This document shows positions 28,223-37,734 of a stretch of DNA of 40,151 bases, one piece after another (position 1 is the first letter of the stretch; every line of letters starts with the position of its first letter). The stretch spans positions 1-40,151 of the forward strand of contig JBDQMZ010000133.1 in assembly GCA_040261955.1 (NCBI GenBank), written 5' to 3'. The stretch is from Candidatus Nanopelagicales bacterium. GTDB lineage: Bacteria > Actinomycetota > Actinomycetes > S36-B12. The notes under the pieces were generated by a model that did not search any database, was not told the DNA's origin, and worked only from the letters and a program-made list of their open reading frames with translations. Position numbers and translations under genes: made by a program.

Positions 28223-28696
28223 ATGTCAACTGAACCGGCTTACAGCGTTGAGCGTGAAATCGATATTCCCCTGGAGATCCTTTGGGCTGCTTGGACTGAT
28301 CCGGACGCACTAGAAGTGTGGTATCACGGCATGGAGCACTCCATTGTTCCCGGCTCAGTCAATTCCGATCCAGTCGTTGGTGGACTGTGGACCGTCGCCA
28401 TTGACGTTCCTGAGGCGGGTTATGTCGCGTACTTCTACGGCCAGTACACGGCCGTTGTTGATCAGGCTCGACTTGACCACACGCTGCATTACACGGAGTC
28501 AGCAGAAGAGTTTGCTGCACGCGATTTTGACACCATGCACCACGACATCAGGATTGAGTTCGAAGCCCGCGATTTTCGCAGCTGGGTGAAATTCAGCCAG
28601 TTTGGTGACCTATCCGAATCCGATGCACTGCAAGCACAGGCGGGCATGGAGAGTTACTTTGATTCGTTGGAAAAGTACTTGTCAATCCCTGAGTGA
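28223..28696 (+). CDS. SRPBCC/AHSA1-like domain protein
   Basis: 157 aa. The N-terminus ([24 protein letters not shown]) and the size fit the Aha1/START-like SRPBCC fold. Confidence 0.75.
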   Translation: MSTEPAYSVEREIDIPLEILWAAWTDPDALEVWYHGMEHSIVPGSVNSDPVVGGLWTVAIDVPEAGYVAYFYGQYTAVVDQARLDHTLHYTESAEEFAARDFDTMHHDIRIEFEARDFRSWVKFSQFGDLSESDALQAQAGMESYFDSLEKYLSIPE

Positions 28697-29569
28697 GAGT
28701 TTCCACCACTGAGAATTTTCGTCTGACGTCAACAACGTGAAGCTGTTCTTTTTCAAAACCCTTTGGCTTGCGGCATTGTCATTGTCGGTCTCTGCGACCA
28801 GCATCGAAATGCCGCGATTTTGGGCAATGGCAATGAGTCCTCGCAGCAGTTCGGTGCCCAAACCCTTTCCCTGGGAACTTTCAGTGAGTCCATAGCCAAT
28901 TTCTATTGCGGTGAAATCGCCATTATGAAACTCGCCTTTGAAGCCACAACCTCCGCAGGCCTCACCGGTTGAGCGAAGTCGAAGTTGGAATAGGTTTGTG
29001 GTGCCCAACTCGTGTGGCCCACTCAGTTGCATGAGCCGTGAAATGCGCAGGTCACCTTCGCTGGGAAAGTCATCTAGCCAGAGTTTGTGGTCCCGATTTT
29101 CATTGGCAATGTCCTCGAGTTCGTGCTCCAGAGGAACAATGTCGAGGCGTGCAGTGTGGGCGATGGGTTGGATTATGTTGATCCCTGACTGCTGCCATGC
29201 ATCGATTGCTTGTCCGACGGTTTGATTAGCGGTCAGGATGTAGTCAGTATCGAATGTGCTCACAACGAAGATTCCTATGTCGGCGTCCGCCAAGACCTGC
29301 GAAATTCTGGCGACAATTCCGGTCAGACTGAACTCCATGGTTCCCGCAACTCGAAACGCGATCCAGTGATCTTCGCGTTCGAGAACTCCGGCACTGGGAG
29401 CCTGATGGGTTGGGCAGACCAGTGACAGTTCATCCGTGGTCTGAGCAATGGTCCAGAAATCAGACTCAGCCGGAATGGCAGGGAGCGGGGCGGCGGGATC
29501 GAGTTTGATCACGGAGTACTCAGGCACTTGCCGAATGAGGTGCACGGGATCATTAAAGCGCCTATGCAT
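28682..29569 (-). CDS. ACT-domain / GNAT acetyltransferase fusion
   Basis: 295 aa from ATG 29569. The N-terminal ACT_7-like module is [16 protein letters not shown]...[44 protein letters not shown]. The C-terminal GNAT module is [32 protein letters not shown]...[13 protein letters not shown]. The ORF-track start at 29812 would overlap typA and is unlikely. Confidence 0.75.
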   Translation of the reverse strand: MHRRFNDPVHLIRQVPEYSVIKLDPAAPLPAIPAESDFWTIAQTTDELSLVCPTHQAPSAGVLEREDHWIAFRVAGTMEFSLTGIVARISQVLADADIGIFVVSTFDTDYILTANQTVGQAIDAWQQSGINIIQPIAHTARLDIVPLEHELEDIANENRDHKLWLDDFPSEGDLRISRLMQLSGPHELGTTNLFQLRLRSTGEACGGCGFKGEFHNGDFTAIEIGYGLTESSQGKGLGTELLRGLIAIAQNRGISMLVAETDNDNAASQRVLKKNSFTLLTSDENSQWWKLSLRD

Positions 29570-29624
29570 CCCCTTGGAGCGCCCCACCGTGTGCCGCGCC
29601 TTAGCACACCCATAGTCTCTGTAG

Positions 29625-31484
29625 GTGACTTTTCGCTCAGATTTACGCAATGTTGCCATCATTGCCCACGTTGACCATGGCAAAACAACTCTCGTTGACG
29701 CAATGTTGTGGCAGTCCGGTGCATTCCGTGACAACCAGGATGTGAATGAGCGGGTCATGGACTCGATGGATTTGGAACGTGAGAAAGGCATCACGATCCT
29801 GGCCAAGAACACGTCGGTGCGTTACGCGGGACCATCTGCCCCCGAAGGCATCACCTTCAACATCATTGACACCCCGGGCCACGCTGACTTCGGTGGCGAG
29901 GTTGAGCGCGGACTTGAAATGGTCGATGGCGTCGTGCTCTTGGTGGATGCATCTGAAGGCCCATTGCCACAGACTCGGTTTGTGCTGCGCAAAGCACTCA
30001 GCAAGAAGCTGCCCGTTGTTCTGGTTATCAATAAAGTGGACCGCCCAGACTCGCGTATCGCTGAGGTTGTTGATGAGGCCTATGAACTCTTCCTTGACCT
30101 TGATGCCGATGAGCACCAAATTGAGTTCCCCATCATTTACACCAGCGCTAAGGCTGGGCGTGCATCTTTGACCCGCCCTGCTGACGGTGGAATGCCTGAT
30201 GCCGAGGATCTCGAGCCACTATTCAAGACTCTGATCGAAACAATCCCTGCACCCACCTACACCGAGGGTGCTCCTTTACAGGCGCACGTGACCAACCTTG
30301 ATGCTTCCCCATACCTCGGTCGCTTGGCATTGTGCCGAGTGCATCAAGGGACGATTAATAAAGGCCAGCAAATTGCTTGGATCCGGCACGACGGAACAAT
30401 CGAGCGTGCCAAGGTTGTTGAACTTCTCATGACGGAGGCACTCACCCGCGTTGTCGCTGAAAGTGCTGGTCCCGGTGACATCATCGCTGTGGCTGGTATC
30501 CCAGAGATCACCATCGGAGACACTCTCGCTGACATTGAGAACCCGGTAGCACTTCCCGTCATTACCGTGGATGAACCATCGATCTCCATGACCATCGGAA
30601 TCAACACCTCACCGCTTGCTGGTCGCAGTGGTGGCACAAAGTTGACGGCCAACATGGTCAAGGAGCGCTTGTACGCTGAGACAGTTGGTAACGTCTCTAT
30701 TCGCGTCCTGCCAACTGAGCGCCCTGACACGTGGGAAGTTCAGGGTCGCGGTGAATTGCAACTGGCGATCCTCGTTGAAATCATGAAGCGCGAAGGTTTC
30801 GAAATGACCGTGGGCAAGCCCCAGGTTGTGACTCGGACAATTGACGGCAAAGTTCATGAGCCTGTTGAACGACTGTCCATTGATATCCCCGAGGACTACC
30901 TCGGAGTTGTCACGCAACTGATGGCGCTGCGCAAAGGTCGCATGGAGCAAATGACGAATCACGGTACCGGTTGGGTTCGCATGGAATACCTCGTTCCGGC
31001 TCGAGGGTTAATTGGTTTTCGCACCGAGTTTCTCACCGAAACCCGTGGCACCGGGCTGCTGCACCACGTCTTTGATAAATACGAACCGTGGTTCGGCGAA
31101 CTACGCACCCGTCCCACGGGTTCACTGGTTGCAGACCGCACGGGACCAACAACCGGCTTCGCACTGTCTAACCTTCAAGAGCGCGGCACCATGTTCGTGG
31201 CACCCGGCACAGAGGTCTATGAAGGCATGATCGTGGGCGAGAACTCTAGGTCTGATGACATGGATGTCAACCCCACCAAGGAAAAGAAACTGACAAACAT
31301 GCGTCAGTCATCCTCGGACGTGCTCATCCCGCTGATTCCTCACAAAGCTTTGTCACTTGAGCAGGCCCTCGAATTCTGCCGCGAAGACGAGTGCGTTGAG
31401 GTAGCTCCCGCAGCTGTTCGACTTCGCAAGGTGATCCTCAACGCTGGGGAGCGCCAACGTGCTGGGCGCAAAGCCAAAGGTTAA
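29625..31484 (+). CDS. typA: Translational GTPase TypA/BipA
   Basis: 619 aa with a GTG start. G motifs are [14 protein letters not shown] and NKVD. The EF-G-like domain order and C-terminal domain are typical of BipA. Confidence 0.95.
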   Translation: MTFRSDLRNVAIIAHVDHGKTTLVDAMLWQSGAFRDNQDVNERVMDSMDLEREKGITILAKNTSVRYAGPSAPEGITFNIIDTPGHADFGGEVERGLEMVDGVVLLVDASEGPLPQTRFVLRKALSKKLPVVLVINKVDRPDSRIAEVVDEAYELFLDLDADEHQIEFPIIYTSAKAGRASLTRPADGGMPDAEDLEPLFKTLIETIPAPTYTEGAPLQAHVTNLDASPYLGRLALCRVHQGTINKGQQIAWIRHDGTIERAKVVELLMTEALTRVVAESAGPGDIIAVAGIPEITIGDTLADIENPVALPVITVDEPSISMTIGINTSPLAGRSGGTKLTANMVKERLYAETVGNVSIRVLPTERPDTWEVQGRGELQLAILVEIMKREGFEMTVGKPQVVTRTIDGKVHEPVERLSIDIPEDYLGVVTQLMALRKGRMEQMTNHGTGWVRMEYLVPARGLIGFRTEFLTETRGTGLLHHVFDKYEPWFGELRTRPTGSLVADRTGPTTGFALSNLQERGTMFVAPGTEVYEGMIVGENSRSDDMDVNPTKEKKLTNMRQSSSDVLIPLIPHKALSLEQALEFCREDECVEVAPAAVRLRKVILNAGERQRAGRKAKG

Positions 31485-31486
31485 AA

Positions 31487-32188
31487 CTACGTTTGGGAGA
31501 TGAAATTTACTTCCAGACTTGGTGCTTGATTTGCCTGGAACTCAAATGCGTCCCCGGTAGTTATTCGCACGGGCGGGACAATTGAGCCGAGCAAAATGAT
31601 GTCACCTGACCGGGTGCCGTTACCAACCTGCGGCGCAGACCTGATGAGCTCCGTGAGGTTGGCTAGGTAATCTCCGGTGAGAGCTTGAACCTCGAGAACG
31701 GGCTCGGTCCATTCGTTGTTGTGTCGCACGCGACCTATTAGTGCGTGTGGCCCGGCCCCCCACCCTCGAGTCAGGTCGGGTCCCAGAACGTAGTTGCGAT
31801 GGAAAATATTGCCGCCCAAGATGCGCTCAGGATCAGCAGGCGGATGGTCGAGATCAACAATTTCCAAGGCCGGCAAAAATGCGTCAACCGCGTTCATGAT
31901 TTCTGTTGGCTCGGCACTTGCGGGAAGTGAGTGTTTCAGTCTGACCGCGATCTCCGCTTCAATGGCCGGTCCGGTCCAGCCACTGATATCAACGCTGGCT
32001 CCATTGGGAAGTTCACCGGATTCGAGCATGAAACCGATTAGTGGATTTTTAAGAGACAACAACTCGAGACCGGATGGAGATCCAAAGCCCAATTTCCAGC
32101 CTCGTTGTCGTTCACCTGCCGCGATTTTTGTGTTGAGCAATTCGCGTTGGGCGCTTAATCCGGCAACGACGCGGGGATCACTGGTCAT
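31487..32188 (-). CDS. FAH-fold 2-keto-4-pentenoate hydratase / decarboxylase-like protein
   Basis: 233 aa. GWKLGFGS, AIEAEIAVRL and PALEIVDLD correspond to the GxKxG, ExE and E metal-triad pattern of the MhpD/HpcG family. It is shorter than typical members. Confidence 0.7.
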   Translation of the reverse strand: MTSDPRVVAGLSAQRELLNTKIAAGERQRGWKLGFGSPSGLELLSLKNPLIGFMLESGELPNGASVDISGWTGPAIEAEIAVRLKHSLPASAEPTEIMNAVDAFLPALEIVDLDHPPADPERILGGNIFHRNYVLGPDLTRGWGAGPHALIGRVRHNNEWTEPVLEVQALTGDYLANLTELIRSAPQVGNGTRSGDIILLGSIVPPVRITTGDAFEFQANQAPSLEVNFISQT

Positions 32189-32606
32189 GCTCTAAGTGTC
32201 CTACTTCGTAGCCAGCATCTTCGAGGGAACCTGCACCGCCCCAACCCCACACGAGAACAACGTCTTGATCCGTGTCGTTTTTAAAGCCGTGCCACTGACC
32301 GCGAGGTGTATAAACAACATCGCCCTGTTTGGCTGGCGCTTCACCATCATCGGTGTACATCACGCCACTTCCGCTCAGGACTACCCAGAACTCGTCGGCA
32401 TGAAAATGGCGGTGACGATCATGCATTGCGCCAGGGGGTAAGACGGTCCAGCCGACGAGGAGGTTCTCTGATCCTGCTGTTGCTTTGTCGATCAAAAACT
32501 GGACCTGCATATCGACCCAGCCCTCATCCTTTCTGAGCCCTGGCACGAGGGGGACATCTTTAAGGTTTGTGACAAATCGGTTTACTTCATTGTTCTCCGG
32601 ACCCAT
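32178..32606 (-). CDS. Monocupin metalloprotein
   Basis: 142 aa with cupin motif 1 (PGAMHDRHRHFHADEFWVVLSGSG) and motif 2 (GDVVYTPRGQWHGFKN). Confidence 0.8.
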   Translation of the reverse strand: MGPENNEVNRFVTNLKDVPLVPGLRKDEGWVDMQVQFLIDKATAGSENLLVGWTVLPPGAMHDRHRHFHADEFWVVLSGSGVMYTDDGEAPAKQGDVVYTPRGQWHGFKNDTDQDVVLVWGWGGAGSLEDAGYEVGHLEHDQ

Positions 32607-33490
32607 CAGAGTTGTCCTCCCATTCGACGGTAAGCCTCATGTGCGACCACAAAGTCGTGGTGTCCAAGACCCATGCCGCGCGATGCGTTCATCATTTCGT
32701 TTGCGGCAACCGCGAGTGGGACGGGCGATGCAAGGAGCCGTCCCTGTTCCAGGACCAGTGTCATGTCCTTTTGCTGAAGTGCTACGTCTGCGAGTGGTTT
32801 ATCTGGCATCTGTCCCTCGAGAACGAATGGTCCGCGATAGCCGAGCACAGGGGAGGCTGCGACGCTATTGAGAATTGCTTCAACTGCCGCTCCCCGCTCG
32901 ACACCACCTTTTTCAGCTAGGGCCACAGCCTCACCGAATGCGATGACCTCAACCATGAGCAGAAGGTTGATTGAGAGTTTCATTTGAACGGCTAACCCGT
33001 GGGCGCCGATGTAATTGACCGTCGGTCCGATCGCTGACAGCACCGGGTAAGCGCGGTCAAATCCTTCTTTGTCACCACCAACCATGACGGACGCCTTTCC
33101 CTGAACAACCGTGACAGGGCTGCCACTCAGGGGCGCATCAACCATCAGGCGGTCGGCCTGCGTGAATTTCTCAGCAACTGCGCGACTTGTGACTGGGGAA
33201 ATGGTGCTCATGTCTGCGTACACCGCACTGCTGCTTAAAGCCTCCAAGATTCCATCCGGGCCGCAAGCGACTTTCTCGACTGCAGCGCCATCGGTGACAA
33301 TCGAGAGAACTACGTCAGCACCATCGGTTGCCTCGGCGGGGGACGACACCGAGATCATTCCCTGTTTCTGGAGGTCTTCATCCTTGCCCGGTGTTCTATT
33401 CCACCCTCGAACTTGGTGGCCTGCCGCCAGAATTCGTGGAACGATCACCTGTCCCATGTCGCCGAGGCCAATGAAACCAACTGTTGCCAT
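32606..33490 (-). CDS. NAD(P)-dependent beta-hydroxyacid dehydrogenase (3-hydroxyisobutyrate / tartronate-semialdehyde reductase family)
   Basis: 294 aa. The Rossmann motif is VGFIGLGDMGQ, followed by DAPLSGS and a catalytic-Lys region (GHGLAVQMKLSINLL), as in the HIBADH/GlxR family. Confidence 0.85.
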   Translation of the reverse strand: MATVGFIGLGDMGQVIVPRILAAGHQVRGWNRTPGKDEDLQKQGMISVSSPAEATDGADVVLSIVTDGAAVEKVACGPDGILEALSSSAVYADMSTISPVTSRAVAEKFTQADRLMVDAPLSGSPVTVVQGKASVMVGGDKEGFDRAYPVLSAIGPTVNYIGAHGLAVQMKLSINLLLMVEVIAFGEAVALAEKGGVERGAAVEAILNSVAASPVLGYRGPFVLEGQMPDKPLADVALQQKDMTLVLEQGRLLASPVPLAVAANEMMNASRGMGLGHHDFVVAHEAYRRMGGQL

Positions 33491-33519
33491 CAGATCCCTT
33501 TCCGTTGTTGTTGCATGAG

Positions 33520-34347
33520 TTAAACCTTGCCTTCACCGTGAATGTGGTACTTGAGTTCTCGTGCGGGCTCGCGCCCCTTCGCATCTAGCCCTGTGGGAAC
33601 CCAGCCGCATGCGTTGGCACCGGGTGACCAAATTGTCTGGCTTGCACCCGGTACAAAAAATTCGACAAAAACCATGTCATCGGATTCACCTGGGTTATGG
33701 AACCAATGGGGCTCATTTTCAAAGTTGTACAACAGGTCGCCTTGATGGAGCAGAACTTCCTCGCCATCGAGAACAGCCACCCCCGAACCAGAAATGATGT
33801 ATTGAAAGTGCTCTGCACCGATGTGGTGGTGCTCGGCTCCTGAAGCACCGGGCGGGTAAATGATCATCTCGCCTTTAACCGCATCGGTTCCCCAGAGGGC
33901 GGGGCTGGCAAGGTAGATCCGTTTGCGAGTGTCGTGTTCAGAGTTAAGTACCGGTTCAGTACTCCAATCCACTCGAACACAAAACTCTGGTGGCAAGTTT
34001 GGGTCGTAGTCGTGCGCCCTTGGAACCCGAGCGATGAAGAGGCGGGTATCGGTCACGGCACGAAATTCGACGGATTTTCCGGTTCCCAGAGCGACAATAT
34101 GGTCAGTGTCGGTAGGGAGCTGGTCAATCAGTGCCTGACCGGAGAGTATCTGTAGCCAGACCAACTCGGTTGGCTCTGTTTCGATGGTTAATTGCCCGGT
34201 TTTCTCAATCTCCATGATCGAGACGGTGACCCGTCCGTCTGTTGCTGGGAGCCCATGCTGGGACTCCGTGCCCAGCAATTCCCAAGCTCTCACCTGGTCA
34301 AAAACCTGAGCTGATAGTCGGTCACTGGATCGGACCACGATTGCCAT
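33520..34347 (-). CDS. Bicupin protein (degenerate N-terminal cupin, metal-binding C-terminal cupin)
   Basis: 275 aa. The C-terminal half has PGASGAEHHHIGAEHFQYIISGSG and GDLLYNFENEPHWFHN. The N-terminal half has a cupin-like beta pattern without the His ligands. GGAGG lies 6 nt before the ATG. Confidence 0.75.
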   Translation of the reverse strand: MAIVVRSSDRLSAQVFDQVRAWELLGTESQHGLPATDGRVTVSIMEIEKTGQLTIETEPTELVWLQILSGQALIDQLPTDTDHIVALGTGKSVEFRAVTDTRLFIARVPRAHDYDPNLPPEFCVRVDWSTEPVLNSEHDTRKRIYLASPALWGTDAVKGEMIIYPPGASGAEHHHIGAEHFQYIISGSGVAVLDGEEVLLHQGDLLYNFENEPHWFHNPGESDDMVFVEFFVPGASQTIWSPGANACGWVPTGLDAKGREPARELKYHIHGEGKV

Positions 34348-34366
34348 AATTGCCTCCTCGCCTCAG

Positions 34367-34404
34367 CCTATAAGCCCGAGAGAGCGGATTGCAATCGATT
34401 GCAA
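34367..34404 (-). promoter_or_regulatory. Perfect 16-bp LacI/GalR-type palindrome TTGCAATCGATTGCAA overlapping a candidate promoter of the bicupin operon
   Basis: The palindrome at 34389-34404 fits TGNAANCGNTTNCA. On the minus strand its distal half-site TTGCAA (34389-34394) lies 16 nt upstream of TATAGG (34367-34372), which is about 20 nt upstream of the bicupin ATG. The promoter assignment is inference. Confidence 0.4.
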
Positions 34405-34688
34405 GAATTTGCTCGAGGGACAGTAGGGGGACACGCGCATTTGAGGGGCATCGGGTTATTTTGCCCGCATTCTTACGATCGGATAACGGCTTGTCAGCGG
34501 CGTGCATGTTCGAAATATTGTGGGTGTAACCTTCAGCGTCCCCCGGTAAATACGAGGGGTACCTCTTAATGGACGTTTCCGGTGCTTGTGTCGGGAACCT
34601 GCGCGAGAACGGGGAGACCTTGTCACTGACCGTGGAGTCTGGGTCCGCCGAGGGCAGTACCTCACTATGCAGGCGGCGAGGAACCGTA

Positions 34689-36812
34689 CTAACTTCGCTG
34701 CAGATGCTGTTGAAAGAATTCGAGCTCTGCGAGCATTAAATTCTCTGCGACGATCTCCTGTGGTGTCATATGGGTTACTCCTGAAAGTGGCAGCACCGAA
34801 TGTTTCTTTCCTGCAGCGAGTAGCGCACTGGAAAGTCTCAACGTGTGAGCCACGAGCACGTTGTCATCAGCCAACCCGTGGATGATGAGGAGCGGGCTGC
34901 CACGTCCGCGGACTTTATTGATGAGTGAGGTTTTCTCATAAGCCTCGGGGTTGTCCTGCGGCATTCCGAGGTAGCGCTCGGTATACGCCGTGTCATAGAG
35001 GGACCAATCGGTAACAGGTGCTCCCGCAACCGCCGCGTGGAAGAAATCTGAGCGCTCAAGTACAGCGAGAGCGGCGAGGTAACCGCCGAATGACCACCCA
35101 TGAATACCGACCCGTGATAAGTCGAGATCGGGATAACTCTGACCTAATGCGGCCAGAGTCTCGATTTGATCATCAAGAACCTTTGTTGCCAGATCCTGAT
35201 GAATGGCGTACTCGAATGCGGGTCCGCGTGAGGGGGTTCCGCGATTATCCGTGACTACAACTGCAAAGCCAAAGTTTGCCAACCACTGATCGGAACAAAA
35301 GGCGAGTCCAGATTGAATGACCCTCTGAAAATGTGGACCACCATAGGGTGCGCAAATCACCGGGATTTTCGTTCCGGGAGTGTGGTTCTCGGGCCAAATG
35401 ATTGCCGACCGTAATTCTTGTTCCCCTGTCACGGTCAGGGTGACCTGCGGTTCAATGTGTGGGATCTCCGAATTGTTGGTGAAAGTGTGGAGAACTGTTT
35501 CAGATCGATCAAGATTAACCAGTTGGTGAAGTGTTGTCGTGCTTTCAAGTGCAGTGCTAGCCATGACGGCTAGTGAGCCATCGACAGCTGCCGAGTGCAT
35601 TCCAGAGGCTGTCGTGAGGGACCCCCCGCTGAGTGAAAACACTGATTGCGATGTTGGATCAATGCATCCGGAGTAAATGACACGGTCGCTGCAAGCGATT
35701 AGACCATTAACCTGAACCTCGGGCGGACTAACAGGTTTTCCATTGATACACAGCCGGAAGGCACCATCAACTGGTTGTATTTCAATGAGTTCCCCAGAGT
35801 CATTGAGTCGGGGGACTCCAGAAAAGACCGTGTGCCATGGGGCCTCGTGATGGGTGACAAGTTCTTGGAGCTTGCTGTTGTGCAATTCATGGACCTGAAT
35901 ATCGCGCTGGTCGCGGGATAGAACGCTCACGGTGGCTCGCGCGCCGGAGGTATTTACGGTGACGAGATAAGGAAAAGCGTCGTGGTCCCAAACTAATTCT
36001 TGTGCATTACCTGAAAGGTCTACCTCAAAAAGCGAAACGAGAGCGTTGTTCGTTCCCGCAAATGGGTAACGGTGAGGCCTAGCTTCACGGGTGGGGTTGG
36101 CGGGATCGGCGATCCAGGCGATCTCAACATTGGATTCGTCGACTCGCTCAACGAATATGCTGAGTGAGTCGGCTGACCACCAGTAGCCGCGCATTCGATC
36201 CAATTCCTCTGAGGCTGCGAAATCGGCCAAACCCCACGTGACGTTCTCATCAGATTCCGCAGGACCACAAAGTTGGGAAATGTTCTTGTTTGCAAGATTG
36301 ACAAGGTTCATGCCGCCATCTTTCACATAAGCCACGAACTTTCCATCGGGGCTTATTTGTGGATCGATGCAGGAGCCTTGAGTCTCGATGTGTTCAGCTG
36401 TGGCGAGCGGCGCGGTGACAGTTTCAGGTAATTCCATGACATAAATTTCGCCATCGACAACAAATGCGGTGCGTGTGAAATCCTGGTCAACACTGAAAGT
36501 AGTTATTCCTTCGGTGACTTCTCGCATACGTTCACGTCGAGCAAGTTCTTGCTCAGGAATTTCACCCGTGCCTGCAAGTGCGGATGATGAGACCAGTTTG
36601 CGTTCAATCCAACCTGGGCTCTGGGTTTCTGAATCGTGTGAGGGCTGGGCACACCACAGGTCTCCGGCGGCGGAACGGCCCGACTCGCTTCGGATAAAGA
36701 GGATAATTTCCCGGTCAGCGTTAAGCCGGAAGTTTCGAGGAACGCCAAGCCGAAAGCTTCGAGTGAGTGCCCGTTGCCTGGGAAATGATTCAGTCATGCG
36801 TGAATCATGCAC
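34689..36812 (-). CDS. S9-family serine peptidase (dipeptidyl aminopeptidase IV / prolyl oligopeptidase-like)
   Basis: 707 aa. An N-terminal beta-propeller region is followed by a C-terminal alpha/beta hydrolase with nucleophile GWSFGGY, Asp in GLADDNV and His in GVTHM. The start is GTG 36812 or ATG 36797. Confidence 0.9.
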   Translation of the reverse strand: MHDSRMTESFPRQRALTRSFRLGVPRNFRLNADREIILFIRSESGRSAAGDLWCAQPSHDSETQSPGWIERKLVSSSALAGTGEIPEQELARRERMREVTEGITTFSVDQDFTRTAFVVDGEIYVMELPETVTAPLATAEHIETQGSCIDPQISPDGKFVAYVKDGGMNLVNLANKNISQLCGPAESDENVTWGLADFAASEELDRMRGYWWSADSLSIFVERVDESNVEIAWIADPANPTREARPHRYPFAGTNNALVSLFEVDLSGNAQELVWDHDAFPYLVTVNTSGARATVSVLSRDQRDIQVHELHNSKLQELVTHHEAPWHTVFSGVPRLNDSGELIEIQPVDGAFRLCINGKPVSPPEVQVNGLIACSDRVIYSGCIDPTSQSVFSLSGGSLTTASGMHSAAVDGSLAVMASTALESTTTLHQLVNLDRSETVLHTFTNNSEIPHIEPQVTLTVTGEQELRSAIIWPENHTPGTKIPVICAPYGGPHFQRVIQSGLAFCSDQWLANFGFAVVVTDNRGTPSRGPAFEYAIHQDLATKVLDDQIETLAALGQSYPDLDLSRVGIHGWSFGGYLAALAVLERSDFFHAAVAGAPVTDWSLYDTAYTERYLGMPQDNPEAYEKTSLINKVRGRGSPLLIIHGLADDNVLVAHTLRLSSALLAAGKKHSVLPLSGVTHMTPQEIVAENLMLAELEFFQQHLQRS

Positions 36813-36840
36813 TACTCAGCGTGAGCAGTACCCTTGAACA

Positions 36841-37731
36841 GTGACTGAAATCAAATCCCAGGACAAGCGACTGCTTATCGTTCACGCCCACCCAGATGAC
36901 GAAACAATTGGTACCGGAGCGACCATGGCGAAATATGTCGCTGAGGGAGCACAGGTGACCCTCGTGACCTGCACTCTCGGTGAGGAAGGTGAGGTGCTGG
37001 TTCCTGACTTGGCCCACCTGGCGGCCGATCAAAACGATGCACTTGGAACCCATCGAATCAGCGAACTCACCGACGCCATGGCACTACTTGGGGTCACGGA
37101 TTTTCGTTTCCTTGGTGGGGCAGGCAAGTATCGTGATTCCGGCATGATGGGTGTGCCCAGCAATGACCGACCGGATTCATTTTGGCGGGCTGACCTCTTG
37201 GCCGCTGCTACCGATCTCTGCGAAATTATCAGGGAGGTGAGACCCCAGGTCGTTGCAACTTATGACGACTTTGGCGGCTATGGACATCCAGATCACATTC
37301 AGGCGCATCGGGTCACTCACTACGCCATTGCATTGGCCGAGAGCCCGAGTTTTCGCCCCGATCTTGGCCCGGCCTGGTCGCCGAGCAAGGTGTATTGGAC
37401 CGCGTTCCCGCGCTCTCGCATGGTCGAGGGGATTAAAAAACTGCAAGAGGCAGGCGATGACAGTGAATTTGCCAACATGGATCCTGACAACCTGCCATTT
37501 GTATGCGATGACGAACTGATAACAACCGCCATCGAAGGCAGTGCGTACATGGATGCCAAATATGCAGCCTTGGCGGCACATAAAACTCAGATCACTGCGG
37601 ACAGTGGGTTTTTCGCCCTGTCCAATAATCTGGGCATGGAAGTGTTCGCCACCGAGCATTTTCGTCTTGCACGAGGTACCGCGCATCCGTCTGGACAGTA
37701 CGAGGATGACCTATTCGCAGGGCTTTCGTGA
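36841..37731 (+). CDS. mshB: GlcNAc-Ins deacetylase MshB (mycothiol biosynthesis, LmbE family)
   Basis: 296 aa with a GTG start. Motifs [54 protein letters not shown] and ALSNNL, plus a C-terminal LFAGL, match my recollection of mycobacterial MshB rather than Mca. Confidence 0.9.
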   Translation: MTEIKSQDKRLLIVHAHPDDETIGTGATMAKYVAEGAQVTLVTCTLGEEGEVLVPDLAHLAADQNDALGTHRISELTDAMALLGVTDFRFLGGAGKYRDSGMMGVPSNDRPDSFWRADLLAAATDLCEIIREVRPQVVATYDDFGGYGHPDHIQAHRVTHYAIALAESPSFRPDLGPAWSPSKVYWTAFPRSRMVEGIKKLQEAGDDSEFANMDPDNLPFVCDDELITTAIEGSAYMDAKYAALAAHKTQITADSGFFALSNNLGMEVFATEHFRLARGTAHPSGQYEDDLFAGLS

Positions 37732-37734
37732 CCG

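Noticed and set aside
34322-34665. ORFs in the long intergenic region: a 61-aa and an Arg-rich 69-aa minus-strand frame, 25-27-aa frames starting at 34440 and 34451, and the plus-strand 99-aa frame at 34586-34885.
   Set aside because: None has a ribosome-binding site. Their composition is extreme (about 25% Arg) or they overlap real genes out of frame. No family resemblance was seen. I treat the region as non-coding.
34541-34676. A possible riboswitch on the plus strand, with scattered resemblance to cobalamin elements (GGGAA, GTCACTG, GAGTCTGGGTCCGCC) and to ZTP or ykkC elements.
   Set aside because: The matches are fragmentary and out of order. The B12 box and the other core motifs are not intact. 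No plus-strand gene lies downstream to regulate. A covariance-model scan would be needed to revive this idea.
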